Shown here in pieces: positions 37,286-50,636 of a DNA stretch of 64,000 bases. The DNA is taken from NCBI GenBank assembly GCA_051362555.1, contig CM120644.1:4658954-4722953 (forward strand), read 5' to 3'. Position 1 is the stretch's first letter. Each line of letters begins with the position of its first letter. The position numbers were made by a program, and so were the translations under genes. The notes beneath the pieces were generated by a model that was not told where the DNA came from, did not search any database, and worked only from the letters and a program-made list of their open reading frames with translations. Source of the stretch: Lingula anatina. Taxonomy: Eukaryota > Animalia > Brachiopoda.

Positions 37286-40200
37286 TTTTGTGATCAGCAG
37301 TCGGACTGACTATATGCGCTTTTAAGTGCTATAGCTGTCACGCCCAAGGACGCCGCAAGAAACAAATATATGGCAGTGGGTCTTTTCGTGCACTGTACAT
37401 CGCATGGCAAATGTAATGCTCTGTTGCACATAGCGTAAAGACGTACGTACGAGTATATATTATGCGACAAGGTATTAAAATGAAGATGCAAGCAGCGTAT
37501 GAAATTGTTTTTGAACATGTTCAAAACATTCTAAAATACACCAACCTTTGCTGCGTTTACGACATAAAAAAATGGAAACCTAAAATTCCAAAGTGAGCGT
37601 GCAGCAACATCCCTGATAATAGGAATATCATTTATCTAAGTTTCAAGTTCCTCACTCTAATGATCTAGAATATTTCAGCAGAAATTACAATGAGAAAAGA
37701 ATTTAGAATCAACCACCACCAGGAACACCCCAGCTCAGAAGTGTCCCCTCAGAGATGGCGGGAATTGCCAACAAACAGACAGACAAGGGGCACACGGGCG
37801 GGTGGGATAACATTAACCCCGATTTCTGTCACATCAGTGCTTGAAGTGCTGGTCTTTGTTTATTCATTCGTACATATGTTCAGGGACGAGCATCCTTCTA
37901 TTAGACTCAAGTTTAATATGCGAATGATATCTCAATAGTAAAAACCAATACGAATAAAATTTTTAATATATGAATAAAAGGATGTACATGTATGTATGTG
38001 GGTTCTCCCGCCCCCCGGTCAAGAAATGCCTGTGTTTTTCAAATGTATGTTTAAAGTGTTTCTGATCTTTGAGACCATTCCCAGAGAATATCGTACTAAC
38101 TTTGGATCGAACTATCTCCGAGAGGATTCTCGCTTAATTTCAATTAACTTAAATGTTTGTCTCGCCTGCTGAGGCTGATGGGGATAATTAACTAGCGTTT
38201 AGCAGCTGTAGTGGGCGTCCCAGACGTCTAAGCCGCTTGGGATGAAAACAATTTAGCGAGGGACCCCGTGGAAATGGACCGATCCTGTTAGATCGATCTA
38301 GGGATGGGAACCCAGTCTTTGTCTTAAAATAAATAAGAGGTTGGTGTTCTTTGACAATATATGTATCAAAAACAATAAGCGACTGACACGTATATAGCAA
38401 ATTTTTAACATTTGGCATTTTTATACCATACAACAAGCAAATGAAGTGACGGACCCGGCGTGACAGCAAGTTCCTACATATCTTAGAAGGAATGTATCAA
38501 CCTAAAGTCAGTAAATCAACAATCATGTGAAATTCATTTGTGCAAATGAAGGCTTACTTTCCCCTCGCATATATTATCTTTGAAATAAGGCAATTACTAT
38601 AAGGAGAAACAAGTACAAGAACAAAGTTAAATATGTTTAAAAGTTTGCCGCCCATGCAAAGAAAAAGAAGACCAGAAAAAGAAAATTATACATGCTGGTG
38701 TAGATCATTTACATTTCGGTCCGGACCCCACCCGGTTAGATCAAAGGTTAAGCTCTATAAAACCTAGTATCATATGGCTTACCTGTAATACAATGAATCG
38801 TTTTAAGATATAGTAAAAGCCGATTTGCAGTCTGGGGGATACTATATCTGCATGATAGATGCCTAAAACTGATGTAAGGTGTCCGCCCAAGTATTTTTAA
38901 GTAATCAGAATTTAGGAATGACTCTGATGGACTATGACGGTTTCTTCATATGCTTTATATGAAATTCATCTCGTAAGACTTTCAATACATTTTGCAATAT
39001 GTTTTTTTTAAATATTTAAAACATTTTTCATGACGGTATTCAATGAGAGGTGCAACACACAATTCAAGAGAGAGCTGGAGTCCTTTCCTTGGCATTTGTA
39101 CAGCTTATATAACGTACGAGTTTGAGTGTCCCATTGAAAAATATAATATTATTCGATGGAGCAAAGTCAACTGGAATGGAATTATTTTCTCCTAGGGGAC
39201 GACACTGTATATATTGTGCTAGTTGTGCTATTGGTAAGAACTGTTGGTAAGTTACGACAGTTGTTCATTCGACCAGTCAGCGCAGGCCAGTCGACACGGA
39301 AATAATTATTTTTGTCTTTCGTTTTTGTTTTTGGTTATTGTCGTTTAAATTTGTTAAGTATACATGGCTGTTTTTATATTATAACTACGTTTGTTTTTGC
39401 TGCAGTGACAATATTCACTTTTTCAATTTTTGTTACAAAGCCAGTATGTGTGTGTTAGTCTGTAGGCCTACAGTGTACATGCATTTGTGTGTGTTGTTCC
39501 CTGTTAGTATGTTTACGATTATGAGCTTATGTATGAATACTTATGTGAATGATAATATTTTATGTTGTTTAATTTTCAGAAATTGCCAGTGCAAATTTGG
39601 GTGTAATTTATGTTAATTAATATATTGAATAAATGGTTTTGATCAATAAGAGCTCTTTGGGATGTGGTATCCTGGTGATTCCTTTTTGTATATAAAAAGG
39701 AGCGGTGATACAGATGTTGGCGAGGAGAGGCTCTCCCGCGTTTATGATGTATTTATTTATTTATTTATATTGTGGTTTGTTGTAAATGATTGAAGATGGT
39801 TTGAAATAAAACTCGTGTGCCAACTGAGTCCATATGCACTTTATATGTAGTTTGTGTTGTTTAATTCTTGATGTTTTGCAGTGTCGGTTATTGTCTAGGA
39901 GAATTGCAAGCTGAAAACGTTGTTGTTTTAAATAATAGTCATAAGAAACTTAAGATAACTTCCCAAACTCGAAACACCTGTCACCCATGGCAATCAACTT
40001 TCAGATTTAGTTAGGTCAAAATGACCTTCACCTATTAGGTCAAAATGACCTTCACCTACTATTTAGGCCCCTTCATGTATACCTAACCATCGCCGTGTCT
40101 TGCACCTATAGCTCTTTACCGGATAATGAAAAACAAATTATTCTCTAGCACGGAAGCATTTGAAAAGAGTAATAGCTATATAATGTAAACTTTGCTGCAG

Positions 40201-42345
40201 TATTATGGTTTAAGCAATTAAAATAAAATGCTGATTATTGATTCCTTTTTTATGATAGACTCTATTTGAACATGCATTTCTAGAATAAATATGTAATTCA
40301 TAGAATGTGCAAATAAAAAAGATGAGGGTTTTCCTAATTTTGATCATGAATATTACTCTTTAGAGAGTGGATATACCCCCTCTATTATTTCGGAAGGGGA
40401 GCTTATGAATATCCTACTCTTTACCTTTTGTTTATTGTCTTTTGAATGGATATTTCCAAATACAAAATTTGAAACCCTCGAGTTGTGTGTAAAAAACTGT
40501 AAATACTTTTACTTTAATTTAAGATTTCATCTCTGGCACGCACAAGTTCCATTGGCACTCGTCTCAAACATCATAGTCCACAAATGTAGCTTATAGAAAT
40601 AACACTGTTTGAGAGCACATGTTTTATCTAAATCAGTGTCGGCTAATGGCAGATTTTGAACACACACACACACACACACACACACACATTTCACTGAGGC
40701 TAGACAATCTTTTCTCCCAGCCGTTCACTTATTTATTATTTGCACACATATGCCGCCGGCATCTATTCACTTGGTCTCCGGACCTTTGACCGATTTGACC
40801 GCTGCCGGTCTCGGATTTCCTGTTATGGACACGACACAAGTTCAATAGGTTTGTAAGCTCTATAGTTTCCCTTTTATTAAATGGTATAATGGTGATACAC
40901 GGTTTCCTTCCCCACTTCATACAACTTCATACAGTTTCCGTTTCATGTGCAAAACACCTTGTTCTATGTAATTGTTTGTCCTAACAAGGAATTATAATGA
41001 CAAGACAAAATATACTCTCTGACCATAGGGTTTGCCTGTGTAGTCTCTTATAGAATTGTTGAATCGATACCTGTGGCAGCCAATATAGCCAAACAGAACG
41101 CGTTCCCCACCAGACATGCCCTTTTGTCGTTTCCGATATAGAGACCAAAAATATATTTTGAGGTCATATGATGTAATGCGTTGTCGTCCAAGTGTTCTTG
41201 AGTTATTTGGCGGCTTCTTTGTACAACAACGATATAAAGCAATTAACTTCACAATTATAAGTAATTAAAGTTTACGTGCATCGTGAAATAGTGCAGCATT
41301 GGATCCAACTAAGAGAAGAAATTAGTATATACGCGATCAGAATTGAGACCTTAAGGCTTAAGTCCCCTCCACACTTATTTGGAATCAGCAGGAATCAAGC
41401 AGAACCAGCCGAAATGAGTAAATTTAAAAATTCGTACCACATTCGGGAAGAAATTTCAAATTGACCTAAATTCTTGTAAGAATGCCGTTGGAATACTCAG
41501 AATGCGCTTGAATCCGCTGTGAGTGGGGGAGGGGGGGGCGATTTCACACCAAGGTGCTGCGTAACACACATCCTTGGCCGCGTTTACGTACTGTATTTTA
41601 AAATAGATGTAAAGATAAGGTCAAACCAAGGAGTTCTATGAGTCTACACTCGACTTCTGACATTCATCACGTCAATAGAAAACTCCTAAGCTTGCATTTT
41701 GATCATATGCAGTTTGGGCTTAATAAGGTCACCACTCATTGCGATGCAGTATAGGCCTACTTAGGTCACGAATGCAATTTCGTTGTCTAGTTCTTATACA
41801 GTATGAATTGCATGTCTGCTTACTGAAAGTCTGATTCGACAGGCCTCCCCAACTACCAGACTAGGCACCGAATGATCCAGAATTCACCGGTAGATCAGCC
41901 ACACTACCCGTTTTCAAGGTGTGTATCAGATCGCATTACACAGTATCATACCCTGAACAAATTTTGAGTGGTGATGCAATGCTTTTCAACCCCGCTGAGA
42001 ATCGTCACTATCACATCGCGTACTAGGCAAGAGCGGTGTCGCGTCTGATACTGTGTAATGCAATCTGACCTTATTGGGCTGAAATACTTGCCTGGGGACA
42101 CTGAACTTCTGCCAAATGTTAGGCCCCAACACCAAATTTCAAGGGATTTATGCCCAATTTTCGATCTTTTCAGCTTTCGAACAGGCCTACCCAACTACCA
42201 GACTCGGCACCGAATGATCCAGAAGGTCTGTTAACCTTCACCTTGCTGCACTTGGTTGGTGCTTAGAAAAAAACTGGCACTTAACTGTAATACAGTAAAA
42301 CAGAAGTATAATGCATTCAAGTTCGTGATATATGTATATACTGAC

Positions 42346-42534
42346 CTGGTCTTGGGGAATTCCGTGATTTTTGATGTATACAAAACCTATGGTGCTGAAG
42401 GCTTTGAACACATCATTTACCAACTTTTCCAGATCTTTTCTGTCGACTTCATTTTCTTCTTTTGTGATATCAAACACCTTAAAATCAATGATTGATATCC
42501 AGCTGAGGTCGCCGCGGCCTCGATCCGTCGTCAT
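42346..42534 (-). CDS. Duplicated first exon (1b) of the 2OG-Fe(II) oxygenase; alternative first exon or orphan exon
   Basis: ATG at 42534, 63 open codons MTTDRGRGDLSWISIIDFKVF...NHGIPQDQ, intact phase-0 donor GTCAGT. Confidence 0.55.
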
Positions 42535-45500
42535 TTTTGTGATCTGCAGTCGGACTGACTGCACCCGCCTTTAAGGGCTTTAGCTGTCACGCCCAAGGAA
42601 TGCCGCAAGAAAAAAATGCTTGTTGCATAATATCAAAATGCCAAAAGCTAAAGGTTTGCTATATACGCCTCAGCCGCCTGGTGCTTGTAATACATATAAT
42701 GCCAAAGAACAAGAACTTCTTATCTACTCCAAGACAAAGATCAGAAACACTTTAAACATACATTTGAAAAATACAGGCAGTTTTTGGCCAGGGGCGGGAG
42801 AACCCACATGCATGTACATTCTTTTATTTATATATTAAAATTTTTATTCTTATTGATAGTTTTTACCAGTGCATTCGTAGATTAAACTAGAGTCAGTTAA
42901 TTGAAGGATGCTTGTCCCTGAACGTACAATATACGAATGAATACACAAAGACCAGTTCTTCAAGCACTGATGTGACAGAAGTCGGGGTCCATGGTATGCC
43001 ACCCGTACGTTTGTCCCTGCGTATGTCTGTTTGTTGGCATTTTCCTCTATCTCCCCTTAGACCTTCTGAGTAGGCACTTCTGAGCTGGGTGTTTCTGGTT
43101 GTGGTTGATTCTAAATTCTTTTCACACTGTAATTGCCGCAGAAATACTCTAGATCATTAGAGTTAGGAAGTTTAAACTTAGAGAAATGATAGTCCTATCA
43201 TCTGGGATGTGCATGCATGGTCACTGTAAATTTAGGTTTCCTTTTTCTTACGTCGTATGGCAAAGGTTGGTGTATTTTAGCATGCCCGGAAAATGTTTTG
43301 AACACGGACCCGGTGTGGCAGCAAGTTCCTACATATCATAGAAGGAATGTATCAACCTAAAGTCAGTAAATCAACAATCAAGTATAATTCATTTGTGCAA
43401 ATGAAGGCTTACTATCTCCTCGCATATAGTCTTCGAAATAAGGCAATTACTATAAGGAGAAACAAGGGCAAGAACAAACTTAATTTTTTTTAAAGTTTTC
43501 TGCCTATGCAAAGAAAAAGAAAACCAGAAAAAGAAAATTACACAAAATTACAGAAAATTACATTGCTGGTGTAGATCACTGATATTTCGGAACGGACTTC
43601 ACCCTGTTAGATCAAAGGTTAAGCTCTATAAAACGTTTTATCATATGGCTTACCTGTAATACACCGAATTGTTTTCAGGTATTGTAAAAGTCGATTTGCA
43701 GTCTGGGGGATACTTAATCTGCATGATAGATTCCTAAAACTGATTAAAGTTGTCCTCTACTGCTAGCATGCCCAGTATTTTCAAGTAATCAGAATTTAGG
43801 AATGACTCACATGGACTATGACGGTTTCTTCATATGCCTTATATGAAATTCATATCGTAAGACTTTCAATACATTTTGCAATATGTTTTTTTTTTAATAT
43901 TTAAAACATTTTTCTTGACGGTATTCAATGAGAGGTGCAACACACAATTCAAGAGAGAGCTGGAGTCCTTTCCTTGGCATTTGTACAGCTTATATAACGT
44001 ACGAGTTTGAGTGTCCTATTGAAAAAATTCAATTCTATTCGATGGAGCAAAGTCAACTGGAATGGAATTATTTTCTCCTAGGGGGCGACACTGTATATAT
44101 TGTGATAGTTGTGCTATTGGTAAGAACTGTGGGTAAGTTACGACAGTTGTTCATTCGACCAGTCAGCGCAGGCCAGTCGACACGGAAATAATTATTTTTG
44201 TCTTTCGTGTTTGTTTTTGGTTATTGTCGTTTGGATTTGTTAAGTATATATGATTGTTTTAACATTATAAATACATTTATTTTTGCTTATAATTTTCATT
44301 TTTTCAGTTTTTGTTACAAAGCATGTGTGTATTGGTGTGTAGGCCCACAGTGTACATGCATTTGTGTGTGTTGTTCCATGTTAGTATGTTTACGATTATG
44401 AGCTTATGTCTGAATACTTATGTGAATAATGATACTTTTATGTTGTTTAATTTTCAGAAATTGCCAGTGCTAATTGGGGTGCAATTAATATTAATTATTA
44501 TATTAAATGAATTGTTTTGATCAATAAGAGCTGTTTGGAAGGTGGTTTCCCTGTGTTTCCCTGTATATGGGAGAGATGATCTCGGAAGAGCTGTTTGGGA
44601 TGTGGTATCCTGGTGATTCCTTTTTTTTTATTTGAAAAGGAGCGGTGATACAGATGTTGGCGAGGAGAGGCTCTCCCGCGTTTATGATGTATTTATTTAT
44701 TTATTTAATTATTTATTTATATTTTGGTTTGTTGTAAATGATGGAAGATGGTTTGAAATAAAACTCGTGTGCCAGCTGAGTCCATATGCACTTTATATGT
44801 TGTTTGTGTTGTTTAATTCTTGGTGTTATGCAGTGTCGGTTATTGTCTAGAAGAATTACAAGCTGAAAACGTTGTTGTTTTAACAAATAGTCATAAGAAA
44901 CTAAAGGTAACTTCCCAAACTCGAAACACCTGTCACCCATGGCAATCAACTTTCAGATTTAATTAGGCCAAAATGACACTCACCTATTAGGTCAAAATGA
45001 CCTTCACCTATTATTTAGGCCCCTTCATGTATACTGTACCTAACCATCGCCGTGTCTGGCACCTATAGCTCTTTACCGGGTAATGAAAAACAAATTATTC
45101 TCTAGCACGAAAGCATTTGAAAAGAGTAAAAGCCAATGTAAACTTTGCTACAGTATTATGGTTTTAGCAAATAAAATAAAATGCTGACTATTGATTCCTT
45201 TTTGTGATAGACCCTATTTGTACATGCATTTCTAGCATAAAATGTGTAATTCCTGGAATGTGCAAACAAAAAACATGAGGGTTTTCCTCATTTTGATCAC
45301 GAAGATTACTCTTTAGAGAGTGGATATACCCCCTCTATTTTGTTTTTGGAGGGCGAGCTAATGAGTGTCCTACTCTCTACCCCTTGCTTATTGTCTTTTG
45401 AATGGATATTTCCAAATACAAAATTTGATACCCTCGAGTTGTGTGTAAAAAACTGTAAATACTTGTACTTTAATTTAAGATTTCATCTCTGGCACGCACA

Positions 45501-47286
45501 AGTTCCATTGGCACTCGTCTCAAACATCATAGTTGAGAGCAAACACTGTTTGAGAGCACATGTTTTATCTAAATCAGTGTCGGCTAATGGCAGATTTTGA
45601 ACACACACACACACACACACACACACATTTCACTGAGGCTAGACAATCTTTTCTCCCAGCCGTTCACTTATTTATTATTTGCACACATATGCCGCCGGCA
45701 TCTATTCACTTGGTCTCCGGACCTTTGACTGAATTGACCGCTGCCGGTCTCGGATTTCCTGTTATGGACACGACACAAGTTCAATAGGTTTGTAAGCTCT
45801 ATAGTTTCCCTTTTATTAAATGGTATAATGGTGATACACGGTTTCCTTCCCCACTTCATACAACTTCATACAGTTTCCGTTTCATGTGCAAAACACCTTG
45901 TTCTATATAATTGTTTGTCCTAACAAGGAATTATAATGACAAGACAAAATATACTCTCTGACCATAGGGTTTGCCTGTGTAGTCTCTTATAGAATTGTTG
46001 AATCGATACCTGTGGCAGCCAATATAGCCAAACAGAACGCGTTCCCCACCAGACATGCCCTTTTGTCGTTTCCGATATAGAGACCAAAAAGATATTTTGA
46101 GGTCATATGATGTAATGCGTTGTCGTCCAAGTGTTCTTGAATTATTTGGCGGCTTCTTTGTACAACTACGATATAAAGCAAATAACTTCACAATTATAAG
46201 TAATTAAAGTTTACGTGCATCGTGAAATAGTGCAGCATTGGATCCAACTAAGAGAAGAAATTAGTATATACGCGATCAGAATTGAGACCTTAAGGCTTAA
46301 GTCCCCTCCACACTTTTTGGAATCAGCAGGAATCAAGCGGAACCAGCCGAAATGAGTAAATTTAAAAATTCGTACCACATTCAGGAAGAAATTTCAAATT
46401 GACCTAAATTCTTGTAAGAATGCCGTTGGAATACTCAGAATGCGCTTGAATCCGCTGTGAGTGGGGGAGGGGGGGGGGCGATTTCACACCAAGGTGCTGC
46501 GTAACACACATCCTTGGCCGCGTTTACGTACTGTATTTTAAAATAGATGTAAAGATAAGGTCAAACCAAGGAGTTCTATGAGTCTACACTCGACTTCTGA
46601 CATCCATCACGTCAATGGAAAACTCCTAAGCTTGCATTTTGATCATATGCAGTTTGGGCTTAATAAGGTCACCACTCATTGCGATGCAGTATAGGCCTAC
46701 TTAGGTCACGAATGCAATTTCGTTGTCTAGTACTTATACAGTATGAATTGCATGTCTGCTTACTGAAAGTCTGCTTCGACAGGCCTCCCCAACTACCAGA
46801 CTAGGCACCGAATGATCCAGAATTCACCGGTAGATCAGACCACACTACCCGTTTTCAAGGTGTGTATCAGATCGCATTACACAGTATCATACCCTGAACA
46901 AATTTTGAGTGGTGATGCAATGCTTTTCAACCCCGCTGAGAATCGTCACTATCACATCGCGTACTAGGCAAGAGCAGTGTCGCGTCTGATACTGTGTAAT
47001 GCGATCTGACCTTATTGGGCTGAAATAATTGCCTGGGGACACTGAACTTCTGCCAAATGTTAGGCCCCAACACCAAATTTCAAGGGATTTATGCCCAATT
47101 TTCGATCTTTTCAGCTTTCGAACAGGCCTACCCAACTACCAGACTCGGCACCGAATGATCCAGAAGGTCTGTTAACCTTCACCTTGCTGCACTTGGTTGG
47201 TGCTTAGAAAAAAACTGGCACTTAACTGTAATACAGTAAAACAGAAGTATAATGCATTCAAGTTCGTGATATATGTATATACTGAC

Positions 47287-47475
47287 CTGGTCTTGGGGAA
47301 TTCCGTGATTTTTGATGTATACAAAACCTATGGTGCTGAAGGCTTTGAACACATCATTTGCCAACTTTTCCAGATCTTTTCTGTCGACTTCATTTTCTTC
47401 TTTTGTGATATCAAACACCTTAAAATCAATGATTGGTATCCAGCTGAGGTCGCCGCGGCCTCGATCCGTCGTCAT
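47287..47475 (-). CDS. Duplicated first exon (1c) of the 2OG-Fe(II) oxygenase; alternative first exon or orphan exon
   Basis: ATG at 47475, 63 open codons MTTDRGRGDLSWIPIIDFKVF...NHGIPQDQ, intact phase-0 donor GTCAGT. Confidence 0.55.
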
Positions 47476-50339
47476 TTTTGTGATCTGCAGTCGGACTGAC
47501 TGCACCCGCCTTTAAGGGCTTTAGCTGTCACGCCCAAGGAATGCCGCAAGAAAAAATTGCTTGTTGTATAATATCAAAATGCCAAAAGCTAAAGGTTTGC
47601 TATATACGCCTCAGCCGCCTGGTGCTTGTGATACATATAATGCCAAAGAACAAAAACTTCTTATCTACTCCAAGACAAAGATCAGAAACACTTTAAACAT
47701 ACATTTGAAAAATACAGGCAGTTTTTGGCCAGGGGCGGGAGAACCCACATGCATGTACATTCTTTTATTTATATATTAAAATTTTTATTCTTATTGATAG
47801 TTTTTACCAGTGCATTCGTAGATTAAACTAGAGTCAGTTAATTGAAGGATGCTCGTCCCTGAACGTACAATATACGAATGAATACACAAAGACCAGTTCT
47901 TCAAGCACTGATGTGACAGAAGTCGGGGTCCATGGTATCCCACCCATACGTTTGTCCCTGCGTATATCTGTTTGTTGGCAATTTCCTCTATCTCCCCTTA
48001 GACCTTCTGAGTAGGCACTTCTGAGCTGGGGTGTTTCTGGTGGTGGTTGATTCTAAATTCTTTTCACACTGTAATTGCCGCAGAAATACTCTAGATCATT
48101 AGAGTTAGGAAGTTGAAACTTAGAGAAATGATAGTCCTATCATCTGGGATGTGCATGCATGGTCACTGTAAATTTAGGTTTCCTTTTTCTTACGTCGTAT
48201 GGCAAAGGTTGGTGTATTTTAGCATGCCCGGAAAATGTTTTGAACACGGACCCGGTGTGGCAGCAAGTTCCTACATATTATAGAAGGAATGTATCAACCT
48301 AAAGTCAGTAAATCAACAATCAAGTATAATTCATTTGTGCAAATGAAGGCTTACTATCTCCTCGCATATAGTCTTCGAAATAAGGCAATTACTATAAGGA
48401 GAAACAAGGGCAAGAACAAACTTAATTTTTTAAAAAGTTTTCTGCTTATGCAAAGAAAAAGAAAACCAGAAAAAGAAAATTACACAAAATTACAGAAAAT
48501 TACATTGCTGGTGTAGATCACTGATATTTTGGAACGGACTTCACCCTGTTAGATCAAAGGTTAAGCTCTATAAAACATTTTATCATATGGCTTACCTGTA
48601 ATACACCGAATTGTTTTCAGGTATTGTAAAAGTCGATTTGCAGTCTGGGGGATACTTAATCTGCATGATAGATTCCTAAAACTGATTTAAGTTGTCCTCT
48701 ACTGCTAGCATGCCCAGTATTTTCAAGTAATCAGAATTTAGGAATGACTCAAATGGACTATGACGGTTTCTTCATATGCCTTATATGAAATTCATCTCGT
48801 AAGACTTTCAATACATTTTGCAATATGTTTTTTTAATATTTAAAACATTTTTCATGACGGTATTCAATGAGAGGTGCAACACACAATTCAAGAGAGAGCT
48901 GGAGTCCTTTCCTTGGCATTTGTACAGCTTATATAACGTACGAGTTTGAGTGTCCTATTGAAAAAATACAATTTTATTCGATGGAGCAAAGTCAACTGGA
49001 ATGGAATTATTTTCTCCTAGGGGGCGTCACTGTATATATTGTGATAGTTGTGCTATTGGTAAGAACGTTGGGTAAGTTACGACAGTTGTTCATTCGACCA
49101 GTCAGCGCAGGCCAGTCGACACGGAAATAATTATTTTTGTCTTTCGTGTTTGTTTTTGGATATTGTCGTTTGGATTTGTTAAGTATATATGATTGTTTTA
49201 ACATTATAAATACATTTATTTTTGCTCATAATTTTCATTTTTTCAGTTTTTGTTACAAAGCATGTGTGTATTGGTGTGTAGGCCTACAGTGTACATGCAT
49301 TTGTGTGTGTTGTTCCATGTTAGTATGTTTACGATTATGAGCTTATGTATGAATACTTATGTGAATAATGATACTTTTATGTTGTTTAATTTTCAGAAAT
49401 TGTCAGTGCTAATTGGGGTGCAATTAATGTTAATTAATATATTAACATTAATTGCACCCCAATTAATATTAATGTTAATTAATATATTAAATAAATTGTT
49501 TTGATCAATGAGAGCTGTTTGGAAGGTGGTTTCCCTGTGTTTCCCTGTATATGGGAGAGATGATCTCGGAAGAGCTGTTTGGGATGTGGTATCCTGGTGA
49601 TTCCTTTTTGTATTTAAAAAGGAGCGGTGATACAGATGTTGGCGAGGAGAGGCTCTCCCGCGTTTATGATGTATTTATTTATTTATTTAATTATTTATTT
49701 ATATTTTGGTTTGTTGTAAATGATGGAAGATGGTTTGAAATAAAACTCGTGTGCCAGCTGAGTCCATATGCACTTTATATGTTGTTTGTGTTGTTTAATG
49801 CTTGGTGTTATGCAGTGTCGGTTACTGTCTAGGAGAATTACAAGCTGAAAACGTTGTTGTTTTAACAAATAGTCATAGGAAACGTAAGGTAACTTCCCAA
49901 ACTCGAAACACCTGTCACCCATGGCAATCAACTTTCAGATTTAGTTAGGCCAAAATAACACTCACCTATTAGGTCAAAATGACCTTCACCTATTATTTAG
50001 GCCCCTTCATGTATACTGTACCTAACCATCGCCGTGTCTGGCACCTATAGCTCTTTACTGGATAATGAAAAACAAATTATTCTCTAGCACGAAAGCATTT
50101 GAAAAGAGTAAAAGCTAATGTAAACTTTGCTGCAGTATTATGGTTTTAGCAAATAAAATAAAATGCTGACTATTGATTCCTTTTTGTGATAGACCCTATT
50201 TGTACATGCATTTCTAGCATAAAATGTCTATTTCATGGAATGTGCAAACAAAAAAGATGAGGGTTTTCCTCATTTGGATCACGAGGATTACTCTTTAGAG
50301 AGTGGATATACCCCCTCTATTTTGTTTTTGGAGGGGGAG

Positions 50340-50594
50340 CTAAAGAGTATCCTACTCTCTACCCCTTGCTTATTGTCTTTTGAATGGATATTTCCAAATA
50401 TAAAATTTGAAACCCTCGAGTTGTGTGTAAAAAACTGTAAATACTTGTACTTTAATTTAAGATTTCATCTCTGGCACGCACAAGTTCCATTGGCACTCGT
50501 CTCAAACATCATAGTCCACAAACGTAGCTTATAGAAATAACACTGTTTGAGAGCACGTTTTATCTAAATCGGTGTCGGCTTATGACAGATTTTG

Positions 50595-50636
<42 letters not shown>

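Larger units (their letters stand above)
38451..50635. repeat. Tandem segmental duplication, ~4.9-kb unit (38451-43305, 43306-48247, partial 48248-~50635)
   Basis: GGACCCGG.GTG.CAGCAAGTTCCTACATAT starts each unit; ORF-track translations recur at offsets of ~4939-4941. Confidence 0.95.

Noticed and set aside
40992-41252. Recurrent 60-90 aa ORFs in the tandem units (also 45931-46191, 43928-44191, 48867-49130)
   Set aside because: They recur only because of recent duplication; no recognisable domains or splice support, and some equivalents are broken in another unit.
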